Shown here piece by piece: positions 40,033-49,971 of a stretch of 64,000 nucleotides of DNA. The position numbers were made by a program, and so were the translations under genes. How positions within the stretch are numbered: the stretch's first letter is position 1; every line of letters begins with the position of its first letter. The notes below the pieces were generated by a model. The model did no database searches. It was not told the DNA's origin and saw only the letters and a program-made list of their open reading frames with translations. Source of the DNA: Clostridia bacterium (lineage in GTDB: Bacteria; Bacillota; Clostridia; UBA1212; DUPL01); assembly GCA_050951325.1 (NCBI GenBank), contig JBMNIW010000001.1:288001-352000 (forward strand), written 5' to 3'.

Positions 40033-40139
40033 ATAGCTTACCTCAACACATCTCTTTCGTAAAGCAGGGGTAATTTGTTGAAATCCGCTGTGAATTAATT
40101 TATAATGTTGTTGTTAATAAATTCTACGGAGGTTTAAAA

Positions 40140-40331
40140 ATGGCTTGCAGCAATAGAATCAAATGTACTTGTACATATACGTCATGTTCACGTCATGGCA
40201 AATGCTGTGAATGTGTTGCTTATCACAGAAGAAGCGGCGAAGTTCCAGGATGTTTCTTTTCTGCATCCGGTGAAAGAACTTATGACAGGTCCATAGAGAA
40301 CCTGTACAGAGACTACAAGAAGAACGGATAA
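40140..40331 (+). CDS. Small Cys-rich protein (DUF6485-like)
   Basis: GGAGG RBS; CTCTY.SC.RHGKCCECVAYH...PGCFF...TYDRS. Confidence 0.8.
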   Translation: MACSNRIKCTCTYTSCSRHGKCCECVAYHRRSGEVPGCFFSASGERTYDRSIENLYRDYKKNG

Positions 40332-40516
40332 TCTATTCAGCGAGATATACTTTGCAATATATGTTTTTTGATGCCTTAATAAACAAAAAGGCATCTTATT
40401 TTTCTTGCCGTTGCAACACATCTCCTAAATTACAACAATTGGAAGAGAAAAAATATGCAGAATATACAAGCCAAGGGTTGTATGGTTGTAAGGTACCTGA
40501 ATATTGTATTAGGCTT

Positions 40517-41299
40517 TTACCATTCAATTTGCTCAGGATAATTCGTACCCGCCATCCTTATATCACTCGGATGACAGTTGTACTCTCTGGCTGCTCTCGT
40601 TAACATCCTCTTTATTTCATAATGTTCGTCATCATTCCTGTAATCCGCTATTCGTCTTGCGAAGTAGTTGAAATTCTTAAGCCTATTATCCTTGGACATC
40701 CTAAGATACTTGATATTCAACAAATCTACGTACTGGTCAGATATGCCTTCTATATGTGTTCCTTCACTATTCATTAAAGACAGCCATCTGCTGAAGGTCC
40801 CAGGTGATACGGTTTCTTTGACACAGTTTACAAACTTGGCCTGGAAACTGCGGATGGTTGCAATAGTATCATCCCAGATAACCCTCCTATCCAGTATTCC
40901 TTTATGCAAAGAACCTGTCTTTGCCAGTTCCTTAATACGCAAATTCACAAGTTCATTCAAAGCCAGCATAACAAAAAACATCTCAGGATAAAGGTAATTG
41001 CAGCTGTAGTACACATTGGTTGATGGCACAATTATAGAATGCCTTTTCATGTTATAAACGCTCATTTTGTTATCTACAAGCTCCACCATGCGGTCTCCCT
41101 GATATGCATGCCTTATGTCATAGCAAAGCCCAAGAACCCTAATAGAGATACCAATGTATTTATGGTGTTTTTCTGAATACTCATTTATTGTTATTTCATG
41201 AAACGCTTCTACCAAGCTGTATAAATCATCGTAATCTCCGCTTATGGTAACGCCTGTCAGGTTTGGTGTGCTTTGTACTGAAATCATTGTTACATTCAA
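40517..41299 (-). CDS. Conserved hypothetical protein (DUF6904-like)
   Basis: TPNLTGVTISGDYDDL..LGLCYDIRHAYQG pattern. Confidence 0.7.
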   Translation of the reverse strand: MNVTMISVQSTPNLTGVTISGDYDDLYSLVEAFHEITINEYSEKHHKYIGISIRVLGLCYDIRHAYQGDRMVELVDNKMSVYNMKRHSIIVPSTNVYYSCNYLYPEMFFVMLALNELVNLRIKELAKTGSLHKGILDRRVIWDDTIATIRSFQAKFVNCVKETVSPGTFSRWLSLMNSEGTHIEGISDQYVDLLNIKYLRMSKDNRLKNFNYFARRIADYRNDDEHYEIKRMLTRAAREYNCHPSDIRMAGTNYPEQIEW

Positions 41300-41841
41300 T
41301 CCTTTAATCTGGTTTCTTTTCTTGCATCATTTGTAAGTACCGAGCAGAAGTGGAACCTTTATCAGCATGTTTATTGCTCATTTCATGCCATCAAGAACCA
41401 TTGTACTAGAATTCCGTATAAAATCAAGACTTTACAAAGCCTGAAACCTTTTCCTTTTGTCAAAGGTAAAGCGGAATGTAATCAGATTTGTAGGAGGTTT
41501 GAAGAAATCTGGATGAATTGAGCATTCCGATACCAAAATCTCCTTCAGCCAAAACTGACAGCACCATTGAAAGCCTAATTGGCAAATATGGACAGAGAAT
41601 TACGGATTTCTTGTCAAGAGATGGTGCTCCTCTTTCTGCTGAACTAAAGAAAATCCTGACAGTCAGAAAATTCATAAACATATACGGTCCATTGGGTACT
41701 GGAGTTTAAAGCATACCGAAGGAATATTACACATCAGAGGATCCAGCAGGCACAAGTCACTACCGAATATGACAGAGTGAGCCTGCTTGTATAAGGCAGC
41801 ATATACTAACACCGGTATTGAAAGACAATACAGTTAATCTG

Positions 41842-41873
41842 AAAACGCCTTCTATTTAAAGAAGGCGTTTTTT
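41842..41873. terminator. Intrinsic terminator
   Basis: AAAACGCCTTC...GAAGGCGTTTT. Confidence 0.75.
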
Positions 41874-41878
41874 CATAA

Positions 41879-42982
41879 TCAAACAAAACCTTTTACAAGA
41901 TTGCTCCCAAGGGCTTGAGGTCTGTCTACCCTGCTCTTCATTATGTATGACTTTCCACTTTTTTGCGACTCATCTATTGCACACATTATTTCAAGCACAT
42001 GGTTTGCCATTCTTCCACTGGCTTTGTTGTCGTCTATTTCTTCAATTATGCACTGGGCCATGTCGGACAGCCCAATACCTCTACTGTTTTCAGCATAAAT
42101 ATGTGTTAGAGGTATTTCTCTGAAAATGCCTCCATCCCTGGTCGCAAGCAAAACAGGACCACCAAAGGTATTCGGATCCGGTGCAATCAAGGTTCCTTTC
42201 GTTCCATAGATTTCTATTCTAGGCAGAGTACTGTTCCATACATCAAAGCTGGTAATAATGGTGGCAACTGCACCATTTTCAAATCTCAATAGACCAGCAA
42301 CATGAGTATCAACCTCAACCTCGATAGCTTTGCCATACAGTGGCTGGCTGGTTATAATTCTTTCTTCCACAGCCTTGGTAGTCATACCCATGACTTCCCT
42401 TACGCTACCCATAAGGTTTACAAGTGCGGCCAAGTAGTATGGACCCATGTCAAACATGGGACCTCCGCCTCTTTTGTAATAGAATTCTGGTGATGGATGC
42501 CAGCTTTCGTGTCCGTGGCACATCATGAAAGCTACAGCTCCAACAATCTCCCCTATAAAATCATTATCTATGAGCTTTCTGCAGGTTTGCATTCCAGCAC
42601 CAAGAAAGGTATCAGGTGCACAACCAAGCAAAAGCCCTTTTTCTTGGCTAATCTTAACCAGCTCAGAACCTTCATCAAATGTAAGGGAAAGAGGCTTTTC
42701 AACATATACATGCTTTCCTGCCAGCAATGCCTTCTTGCACACGTCATAATGGCTTTCCGGTGTAGTTATGTTAAGTATTACCTCAACATCCTCGCATTCA
42801 AGCATTTCATCTAATGTCTGTATGTGCGGAATGCCCCATTTTTCAGCAGCATCTTTCGCTGCCTGCTCGCGTATATCACAGCATGAGTATACATTTGTGT
42901 TTTTAAATACATGTGTCAGGTTCTGAAAATATATACCGCTGATATTTCCACAGCCAACAACTCCCACATTAACCTTTCTCAT
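41879..42982 (-). CDS. Gfo/Idh/MocA NAD-dependent oxidoreductase
   Basis: GVVGCGNIS, GKHVYVEKP, GGPMFDMGPYY. Confidence 0.92.
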   Translation of the reverse strand: MRKVNVGVVGCGNISGIYFQNLTHVFKNTNVYSCCDIREQAAKDAAEKWGIPHIQTLDEMLECEDVEVILNITTPESHYDVCKKALLAGKHVYVEKPLSLTFDEGSELVKISQEKGLLLGCAPDTFLGAGMQTCRKLIDNDFIGEIVGAVAFMMCHGHESWHPSPEFYYKRGGGPMFDMGPYYLAALVNLMGSVREVMGMTTKAVEERIITSQPLYGKAIEVEVDTHVAGLLRFENGAVATIITSFDVWNSTLPRIEIYGTKGTLIAPDPNTFGGPVLLATRDGGIFREIPLTHIYAENSRGIGLSDMAQCIIEEIDDNKASGRMANHVLEIMCAIDESQKSGKSYIMKSRVDRPQALGSNLVKGFV

Positions 42983-42988
42983 TAATTC

Positions 42989-43654
42989 CTACCCCCTTTT
43001 TGCGGCCCATAGAAATCCGTTTCTCATCAGCTTCCTTGCTTCAGGAATATCAAAAACAGAAGCATTGTGTCCCAGCGAGTTGTAGAAAACCCTGCCCCTG
43101 CCCCAAAGTTTGGTGTATACAACAGGAACGTCAACAATTCCATTTGCTGCGTGAGGACCATCCACAGTTGGGAATCTTGTGGTGGCAAGCACATTGACAC
43201 AAGGGTCGATGTGTATATAGTATTGTTCACTTTTTACGGCAAAATCCTCTATCCCCTCAATTATTGGAGAAGATGAGTTCTTTTTAATATTAACCGTGTA
43301 TTCCACACCATCATTGCCAGGGTGTGCCACCCATTGCGAACCGGTCAAAAACTGCCACGTTGTATTGTTTCTGAAAGCATCACACATGCCGCCATGACAA
43401 CCTGCAATACCAACGCCTTCCTCTACGGCATTGGCCACATTTACAGCATATTCTTCCGATATTTCTCCCATGGTCCATATGGGGACTATAAGGTGAAGTT
43501 GTTTTAATTTCTCAGGATCAGAAAAACTGTCAAGTGTATCTGAAACTTCAGTCTCAAAGTCTTCTTCAACAAGTATTCGGTTGAATACCCCAGCCACATC
43601 AACAGGTTCATGTCCTATCCAGCCACCTTGTACCAATAAAGCTTTCCTTTTCAT
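42989..43654 (-). CDS. ThuA-domain protein
   Basis: GGWIGHEP, GCHGGMCDAFR, QWVAHPG, SEQYY, GRVFYNSLGH. Confidence 0.9.
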   Translation of the reverse strand: MKRKALLVQGGWIGHEPVDVAGVFNRILVEEDFETEVSDTLDSFSDPEKLKQLHLIVPIWTMGEISEEYAVNVANAVEEGVGIAGCHGGMCDAFRNNTTWQFLTGSQWVAHPGNDGVEYTVNIKKNSSSPIIEGIEDFAVKSEQYYIHIDPCVNVLATTRFPTVDGPHAANGIVDVPVVYTKLWGRGRVFYNSLGHNASVFDIPEARKLMRNGFLWAAKRG

Positions 43655-43740
43655 AATCTACCTCCAATCAAGTCGAGTAAACTAAATATATATTACTGCC
43701 ATACCCACTTAATATCAAGATAGAATGAAAAAAACACCAT

Positions 43741-44328
43741 TCATCTACACCATTTCATGTAGATTCTCGCAGTAAAACCCTTAAGTTTGGCATTCTTCTC
43801 CAACTTTCTCATAAACTCCTCAAATCCCAGTTTTTTATACAACCTGATTGCATTCATATTGGTATCCGCCACATCCAAAACATACTCACGGTACGACAGC
43901 TCCTGCATGACATGTTTGAACAACGCTGTACATACACCTTTTCCTCTGGCATCCTCACTTGTTGCAACACATTCTATATATGCAGTTTCATCAGTAAAAT
44001 CCAAAGGGGTGTTAAATTCCTTGTTCAGCAGCATGAATGCAATACCACCCATTAAAAAACCCAGTCCATGACTCATTGAACTCTTGTCAATATGCATGGC
44101 ACGGTGTTTGTTATTGGAGCATGCCAGTATTCCCGCAATCTTTCCATCCAACTCTGCCAAATAAAAAACATCAGGACAAAAAGTATCTTTAAATGCACTG
44201 CAAAGCTTTTCCCTGTCCTTGCTGAAAAAGGACAAGTCCTTGTAATATCCGTCTACAAACACATTTGCCACATCATAGCTAACATCTCTGTCATAATCAC
44301 TCATTTTACGTATAACTATATTACTCAT
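43741..44328 (-). CDS. GNAT N-acetyltransferase
   Basis: VAT...ARGKGV; N..AIRLYKKLGF. Confidence 0.88.
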   Translation of the reverse strand: MSNIVIRKMSDYDRDVSYDVANVFVDGYYKDLSFFSKDREKLCSAFKDTFCPDVFYLAELDGKIAGILACSNNKHRAMHIDKSSMSHGLGFLMGGIAFMLLNKEFNTPLDFTDETAYIECVATSEDARGKGVCTALFKHVMQELSYREYVLDVADTNMNAIRLYKKLGFEEFMRKLEKNAKLKGFTARIYMKWCR

Positions 44329-44343
44329 TTTTAACCTCCATAT

Positions 44344-44940
44344 CTAAATCAATAAAAATCCCAATACATCATCCAACTCTGGAGCTACATATTTGTCACC
44401 CATGAATAGTTTCATGTTTGCCATGCCTTGTATTATTGAGAAAAACAGCAAAGTGTATTTGTACGGATTGCCTTGTTTAAACTCTCCTCGTTTTTGTCCC
44501 TCTTTGATAAGGTCTTTTGTTTTATCGTATAAAGACAATATACTTTTCCTGAACTCATCAATTTGAGAAAGCACCTCTTCCTCCAGCATTGAGCGAATAA
44601 CTATTAGAAAGTAGCGCGACAATTCATTACTAAAATGGATGTCTCCAATTAAACTTGCTGTCATTTCCACAATAGCCTGTTTGGGAGAATCATACGAATC
44701 AAGAATCTGAATAAATTTGTTTAATTCTTCAATGGTATTTGCTATGAGACTGTTAAACAGGTCTTCCTTGGATGAAAAATGCCGATATATTAGCCCGGTG
44801 CTAATACCTGCAGCTTCTGCAATGTCTTTTATACTCGTCAATGCAAAACCCTTTTGCGCAAACAAAACAAGTCCTGCTTCCATTATCTTTTTTCTTGTCG
44901 CCATTGTCATTCTTTCATTCTGCTCCTTTGTTCTTGCCAT
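44344..44940 (-). CDS. TetR-family regulator
   Basis: TSIKDIAEAAGISTGLIYRHFSSKEDL HTH. Confidence 0.92.
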   Translation of the reverse strand: MARTKEQNERMTMATRKKIMEAGLVLFAQKGFALTSIKDIAEAAGISTGLIYRHFSSKEDLFNSLIANTIEELNKFIQILDSYDSPKQAIVEMTASLIGDIHFSNELSRYFLIVIRSMLEEEVLSQIDEFRKSILSLYDKTKDLIKEGQKRGEFKQGNPYKYTLLFFSIIQGMANMKLFMGDKYVAPELDDVLGFLLI

Positions 44941-44966
44941 AACAAAACCTCCTTAATATAATAAAC

Positions 44967-44980
44967 TGAATTTAAATTCA
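44967..44980. promoter_or_regulatory. Putative TetR operator
   Basis: Perfect 14-bp palindrome TGAATTTAAATTCA upstream of tetR. Confidence 0.55.
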
Positions 44981-45004
44981 TTATAATAGAATAAAAAAAG
45001 CACG

Positions 45005-45435
45005 TCAACTTTGTCCGTACTTTTCTTCAAGATAACTCACTGTGGTGCAAATAAGCCTTTCAAGCGCCTCCATGTCTATATCCGACAGTTTCTTAACATA
45101 TATACATGCCTTGCCCATCGTGAACTTTCCCAAGTCTTTCAACAAGTACTCATGATCCGGATCCCCAGTATATACGTACAAGGAAATAGCTGCTTTGCGA
45201 GGAGAAAATGCCACGAGCGGCCAATCCCCTTCCTGCCTGCTGCGCTCGGATTTGTAATGATAGCTGCCAACACCAATCATTGAATCCCCCCACATATCTT
45301 TGGGGGATATCCTGTTACCTTTTGCATAAACTCTACAAGCTTATAACTGTCCTGCTTTTTCTGTTCACTATTCGCATATGAATCGATAAACTCAAAAACA
45401 TCTCCATCATGCTGCTTTGTCTTTAATTCTGACAT
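45005..45435 (-). pseudogene. DUF1801 (YdhG-like) protein, frameshifted by an extra AT near 45296
   Basis: MSELKTK...TGYPPK, then AAG-AT-ATG-TGG; removing 2 nt joins to MWGDSMIGVGSYHY. Confidence 0.8.
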
Positions 45436-45479
45436 TTTCTCACTTCCTCATATTTTTTCCAAAGTTCAATAGCAGAAAG

Positions 45480-45833
45480 TCATATACCAAGAGATGCTTT
45501 CCATTCACTTTCCTTAAACCCAACCAGTACAAAATCATCACCAACAAGAATGGGACGTTTAACAATCATTCCGTCTGACGACAAAAGTTCAAACTGTTCT
45601 TCATCACTCATTTCCGTAAGTCTGTCTTTCAGATTCAACTCCCTGTATTTCATGCCGCTGGTGTTAAAGAACTTTTTTAGAGGTAGTCCGCTCTTCTTAT
45701 GCCATTCCTTCAATTCTTCCAGAGTCGGATTCTCCTCCTTAATATTTCTCTCTGTGAACTCCAGATTGTTCTCAACAAGCCACTTCCTTGCCTTTTGACA
45801 TGTAGTGCATCTTGGATAGCATACAAAAACCAT
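45480..45833 (-). CDS. ArsC/Spx/YffB-family protein
   Basis: YPRCTTCQKA, FNTSG..YREL, VKRPIL; GGAGG RBS before ATG 45833. Confidence 0.9.
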   Translation of the reverse strand: MVFVCYPRCTTCQKARKWLVENNLEFTERNIKEENPTLEELKEWHKKSGLPLKKFFNTSGMKYRELNLKDRLTEMSDEEQFELLSSDGMIVKRPILVGDDFVLVGFKESEWKASLGI

Positions 45834-45834
45834 A

Positions 45835-46362
45835 TTAATCCTCCTCAATATTTCTTCTATTTTCAAAAAAGAACACATCACCCAATGTACCATCGTCATA
45901 CATGGCACCAGGACATGCTCTTATAAGTTCATAATTCCCATTTGTATATTCATCTATTACCTTGTCCCAAAAATATACCGATGAAGTATTGGCAGGGTGT
46001 CTTCTTAATTGCCATCTGCCTTTATGTAAGTCAAGCACCTTGAAAAACGCCTGCCTGCCAACTCCTGCCCTTCTATACTTGTACATAACAAAAAACTCCG
46101 CCAGTTGGAAGTCTGTCTCCCTGAAATCCACCTCTGGATAGTCATTCACCATGACAAACCCTGCTAGTTTGTCATCTACAAGAATAAAATATGCCCACCG
46201 GTTTTCCTCGGTCCAGTAATAGTCAAGATATTTATAGCCATATAGACCTAAATCGTTGACATCACGTTTGTCATACTGAGAAAACTCATAATCGTATTTC
46301 TCCAACAGATTTCTCAGTACCTCCTTTTCATCTTCTTCAACTTGCTTTAAGTCCACCCTCAC
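45835..46362 (-). CDS. GNAT N-acetyltransferase
   Basis: AEFFVMYKYRRAGVG, FW.KVI. Confidence 0.85.
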   Translation of the reverse strand: MRVDLKQVEEDEKEVLRNLLEKYDYEFSQYDKRDVNDLGLYGYKYLDYYWTEENRWAYFILVDDKLAGFVMVNDYPEVDFRETDFQLAEFFVMYKYRRAGVGRQAFFKVLDLHKGRWQLRRHPANTSSVYFWDKVIDEYTNGNYELIRACPGAMYDDGTLGDVFFFENRRNIEED

Positions 46363-46469
46363 CTAATTTTACCTGCTTTCATAAAATCTCTTAATCAATA
46401 CTATACATCATAATATTCTCCTTGACAATTTTATCTTTAAGAGCATATTATATGTAAAATAACATAAGA

Positions 46470-46720
46470 AAAGCAATGACGGAAACGAGTAAACTACAGG
46501 AAGCATACAGACAGAGGAATATTTGGTGGAAGTTCCTTATGTGAAATGTAGTTGAAAACCCTTCCTGAGCTCCAATGCGGAAATTATAGTATGTGTTGCC
46601 GTGCACCTGCGTTAAAGGTTAGGATTTGTTGGAATCCGAATTGAAAAGTTAAGGTGGAACCGTGCAGGAATACTTGCACCCTTGGACAGAACAATTTCTG
46701 TTTAAGGGTGCCTTTTGTTA
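46470..46720 (+). ncRNA. T-box riboswitch, probably Thr, with no cognate gene downstream
   Basis: Stem I GGAA-ACGAGTA-AACTACA...TGTAGTT-GAAAACCC-TTCC; T-box AAGGTGGAACCGTG at 46651; terminator GCACCCTT..AAGGGTGC-CTTTT; TTGACA promoter at 46422. Confidence 0.88.
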
Positions 46721-46750
46721 ATTTAATTCCATGTTTTCTTATGTTATTAC

Positions 46751-46864
46751 AAAAAACAGCTGCATAAATGGTCTTTCTACAGACTTGCTAGTTTTATCCA
46801 ATATAAGGGAAGTTTAGCGGGTATTAAGGTTGAATATGTTAATCCACAAAATACAAGTCAAAAC
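46751..46864 (+). mobile_element. tnpB: TnpB (IS200/IS605 OrfB) fragment
   Basis: KQLHKWSFYRLASFIQYKGSLAGIKVEYVNPQNTSQ, the segment just before the TnpB zinc finger; no start codon or flanking domains. Confidence 0.8.
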
Positions 46865-46958
46865 CAGGTTCATTCTTACCCTCTGGAGGTATAATTTTTA
46901 CAGATTCTATGTTATGTGGAATTGTTATTACACTATTATTCAATAAAGCATGTTTTAA

Positions 46959-48278
46959 ATCTATACAGCCACCACAGGGCCAATCCATCCACTAGGACCT
47001 GGAAGGAATCTTTTATTCGGAGGTGGTGCGCCCGGTACAACATTCAATACATTTCGTTCATATACAACTATGACGGATTACACAGTTGACGGCTTGTCAG
47101 CTGCCAATCCGCCATTTACAAAGGTGGATATAAGGGCATATGCCACTACAGAACTTTTGGGTGCAACAGGCATAAGAACTACATATAAATTGCCCGGACC
47201 ACCAGCCACGCCTGACTCATTAACAATTATACAGGATGTAAATGTAATAGGTTTATCCTTTGCAGACTCATATATAGTTGTCAGGGTTGAAATAATCAAC
47301 CATAACAATGTAGATACCAAAATAGGTAATCGCTACCTTTGGGATCCCATAATAGAAGGTGATGACGGACCTACTTTCCAAACAGTTAACCCTATTGGTC
47401 CGATGATAACAAACGAAACGGAATTCGAACATCCGTTATTTGAAGCTTTCCAACTAGTTGACAATGGCAACCCGAATCCACCAACATATATCACATATGG
47501 TTCAGTAGCGGGTCCACAAAGTCTTCGTTTAGGCACTCGGCCTACAATGATAAAGTATGTCAGCTGGGCTACAAGCAGAGGCACAACCTTTGATTATACC
47601 ATCGACCCAAACAGGGTTGTTTCAAGTCCACCCATCAACGATAGTGCAGTACTGTACTACTGGGGGCATAACATGGAAACAGCAATTGTTCTTGAAGCTT
47701 GTGGTGGCAAAGCTGCAAGAGCTGCTGCATTGTTTGCAACAAAACCAGGAATCGTACCACCTTTCATAAACAGCACCATTTGTGTTAATGTGAACAGGAT
47801 ACTGGACACTTGCAGACAGGAAGTAATCCACACTGAAACACATGAAATTCCATCATTGAACTGTGGTGTTTTACTTGACTGCAAGGTCAAGAAAGCAAAG
47901 TGTGTTGTTAAAAAAGAAACCGAGGATACCGTTCAAGTACAGGTAAAACTCAGGGTTGCTTTCAAGATAAAGATTGGCGGCAAGAAAATGACTGTTGTAA
48001 AGCCGTTTATCATTAATTCGACAGCTCATTTGATGGTTCCTGAAAAAGCTACAGTGAGCTGCGAGGTACAGAATCCAAGATGCGTAAGCAGGCAAATTGA
48101 TGAATGCGGTTTGGTTGAAACAACAGTCTGCGCTTTCATCAAGATTCAATCGGAGGTTAAAGAATCTATTGTAATACCCTTCGTAGCAAGCTGTCCTGTA
48201 GGACTTTGTTCGAGAGTTGTTACCGAAAACGAGGATCATAATTCCGATCTTATAGACGAATCCGATGAAACCATGTAA
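46959..48278 (+). CDS. Hypothetical protein with Cys-rich SPOCS/DUF3794-like C-terminus, apparently 5'-truncated
   Basis: Frame open 37 codons upstream of ATG 47070 without RBS or start; C-terminal CVNVNRILDTCRQ...C pattern typical of spore proteins. Confidence 0.55.
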   Translation: MYTATTGPIHPLGPGRNLLFGGGAPGTTFNTFRSYTTMTDYTVDGLSAANPPFTKVDIRAYATTELLGATGIRTTYKLPGPPATPDSLTIIQDVNVIGLSFADSYIVVRVEIINHNNVDTKIGNRYLWDPIIEGDDGPTFQTVNPIGPMITNETEFEHPLFEAFQLVDNGNPNPPTYITYGSVAGPQSLRLGTRPTMIKYVSWATSRGTTFDYTIDPNRVVSSPPINDSAVLYYWGHNMETAIVLEACGGKAARAAALFATKPGIVPPFINSTICVNVNRILDTCRQEVIHTETHEIPSLNCGVLLDCKVKKAKCVVKKETEDTVQVQVKLRVAFKIKIGGKKMTVVKPFIINSTAHLMVPEKATVSCEVQNPRCVSRQIDECGLVETTVCAFIKIQSEVKESIVIPFVASCPVGLCSRVVTENEDHNSDLIDESDETM

Positions 48279-48383
48279 TACCTGATCTATAGCCTAGAAA
48301 CACCCTCGTTATATTCACATGCATAGCGAGGGTTTATTGTGCTCAAATTTATCACTTCTTCTGCCGTATACAAATATTATAAT

Positions 48384-49196
48384 TCAGTCCTTTGAAACAA
48401 ACCTCCATCTAAGTCCATATGCAGTAATCCAGGTTCCAATCTGGTTTTCATCCCACCCAGCGACAATGTCATCACAAAAGAATACTGATTCATCCTTTAC
48501 AATGAGTGTTGCCCCATAGATATCAGCTGAATAGTTATCCTCTGGAGGTCGCAGGTTGAAAGCGGTTACACCTTCAAATACCATCTCAATTGAGTCGCAC
48601 CATTGACTATCAAAGACCAATGTTGCCTGTCTGATTTTTGCTTCAGGATACATGGTTTTGTCGGGATTTACATATGCTCCACTTATGTAATTTGCTGTTC
48701 TGAGAACAGAATCATGAAAGTTAAAGACTTGTTTCATGAACTCTTCAGCATCTTTATCCGATTCAACATAATTCCAACCAACCATATACGAAGAAGTTAT
48801 CATGCTCTCAAAAATACTACCTTTGAAATTTATAGAGTTTCCATTCAGCAACTCAGCCAGCATTGCCTTGTTTTCAAATATCCATGGATACCCAAAGTAT
48901 TCAAAAAACAGAACATCACTTCTCACAAGTTTTTTGAAGCCGGATATTGTCTTGGAAACACCTGTTGATTTCTTGTAAATCCACCCTTTCGGATATGTGG
49001 GGACTATGGTATTTACAAGCACTTTGGGAAATGGTTTGCCCTCATCTTTATCCAAGTAATTAAAAAACTTTATGTATCCTCCGTCATCCGATGGCATATG
49101 AACCAAGTATTTTTCATAATATCCAGGATTAATCCTTGCATACACCTCAGACTTGAAGTATTTATTAGTTGACTTGTCATAAACACGAACCTTCAC
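48384..49196 (-). CDS. Hypothetical protein
   Basis: GGAGG RBS + GTG; 270-aa ORF; C-terminal FHDS..YISG.YV..FDSQW..IEMVFEGV domain. Confidence 0.7.
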   Translation of the reverse strand: MKVRVYDKSTNKYFKSEVYARINPGYYEKYLVHMPSDDGGYIKFFNYLDKDEGKPFPKVLVNTIVPTYPKGWIYKKSTGVSKTISGFKKLVRSDVLFFEYFGYPWIFENKAMLAELLNGNSINFKGSIFESMITSSYMVGWNYVESDKDAEEFMKQVFNFHDSVLRTANYISGAYVNPDKTMYPEAKIRQATLVFDSQWCDSIEMVFEGVTAFNLRPPEDNYSADIYGATLIVKDESVFFCDDIVAGWDENQIGTWITAYGLRWRFVSKD

Positions 49197-49224
49197 AGCA
49201 CCACCCTCCTTTGAATGTTCGTTT

Positions 49225-49914
49225 CTATAATACAGACACCCATAATACTATCATTGCGTTATATGAACCATGAGCAATAATTAAAGAAAGCAGAGTGCAT
49301 CCCTTGATTTTCTCCCTGAACAAGCAAAACAAAACTCCCAGGAATGACGTCATTATAACTTGAACTATATTTCCGTTGAATATGTGAAACAGGCCAAACA
49401 GTAATGACGATACAATAATTGCAAACCACCTTTGGTTCTTAATTTCCAATAGTTTGCTAAAGATATAGCCGCGAAATACAATTTCTTCCGCCAAAGCAAC
49501 TCCCGTAATTGCATATATGAATTGATAGACAAATTTCCATGTTTCCGTATATTTTATACTTCCAACCATATCTTTAAAACCAAGCAATATGGGTACAACA
49601 GTCAGAACCAACGACATGGCAATGGCTAATATTATCCCAATCCCTATTTGCACAAGAATCTTGTCTTTTCTAAACCCGATGTCTGTAAGCTTCTCTTTAT
49701 TCACAAACATTAAAACCCCTGGCCCTATCAACATTAGCCATTGCGTTACAATCATAAGGACCATGCGTATCGGCAAAGAAAACGACATAAGTAAATACTG
49801 GTTGAACATTGATAGGCCAAATACTGCGATAAATGCAGAAATCACTGCAATAATCAGCTGTATGACGGGTAATTTATTTTTAGATATCGATTTCATAACA
49901 AATCCTTCTTTCAT
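49225..49914 (-). CDS. CPBP (CAAX/Abi) intramembrane metalloprotease
   Basis: EEIVFRG, SSLLFGLFH, HGSYN motifs. Confidence 0.9.
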   Translation of the reverse strand: MKEGFVMKSISKNKLPVIQLIIAVISAFIAVFGLSMFNQYLLMSFSLPIRMVLMIVTQWLMLIGPGVLMFVNKEKLTDIGFRKDKILVQIGIGIILAIAMSLVLTVVPILLGFKDMVGSIKYTETWKFVYQFIYAITGVALAEEIVFRGYIFSKLLEIKNQRWFAIIVSSLLFGLFHIFNGNIVQVIMTSFLGVLFCLFREKIKGCTLLSLIIAHGSYNAMIVLWVSVL

Positions 49915-49971
49915 ATATAATCAAATACTTTACTATTATATCAAAGAACCCGTCATACCAGTGGTTTCAAA

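Noticed and set aside
41460-41830. 63-aa ORF at 41518-41709 and the surrounding intergenic DNA
   Set aside because: The GGAGG is poorly spaced from the TTG start and I recognise no motif; it may be a gene relic but cannot be supported
45480-45908. Arsenate resistance gene with the 142-aa start
   Set aside because: The true start is probably 45833, and the CxxC YffB/Spx-like subfamily without ars neighbours does not imply arsenic resistance
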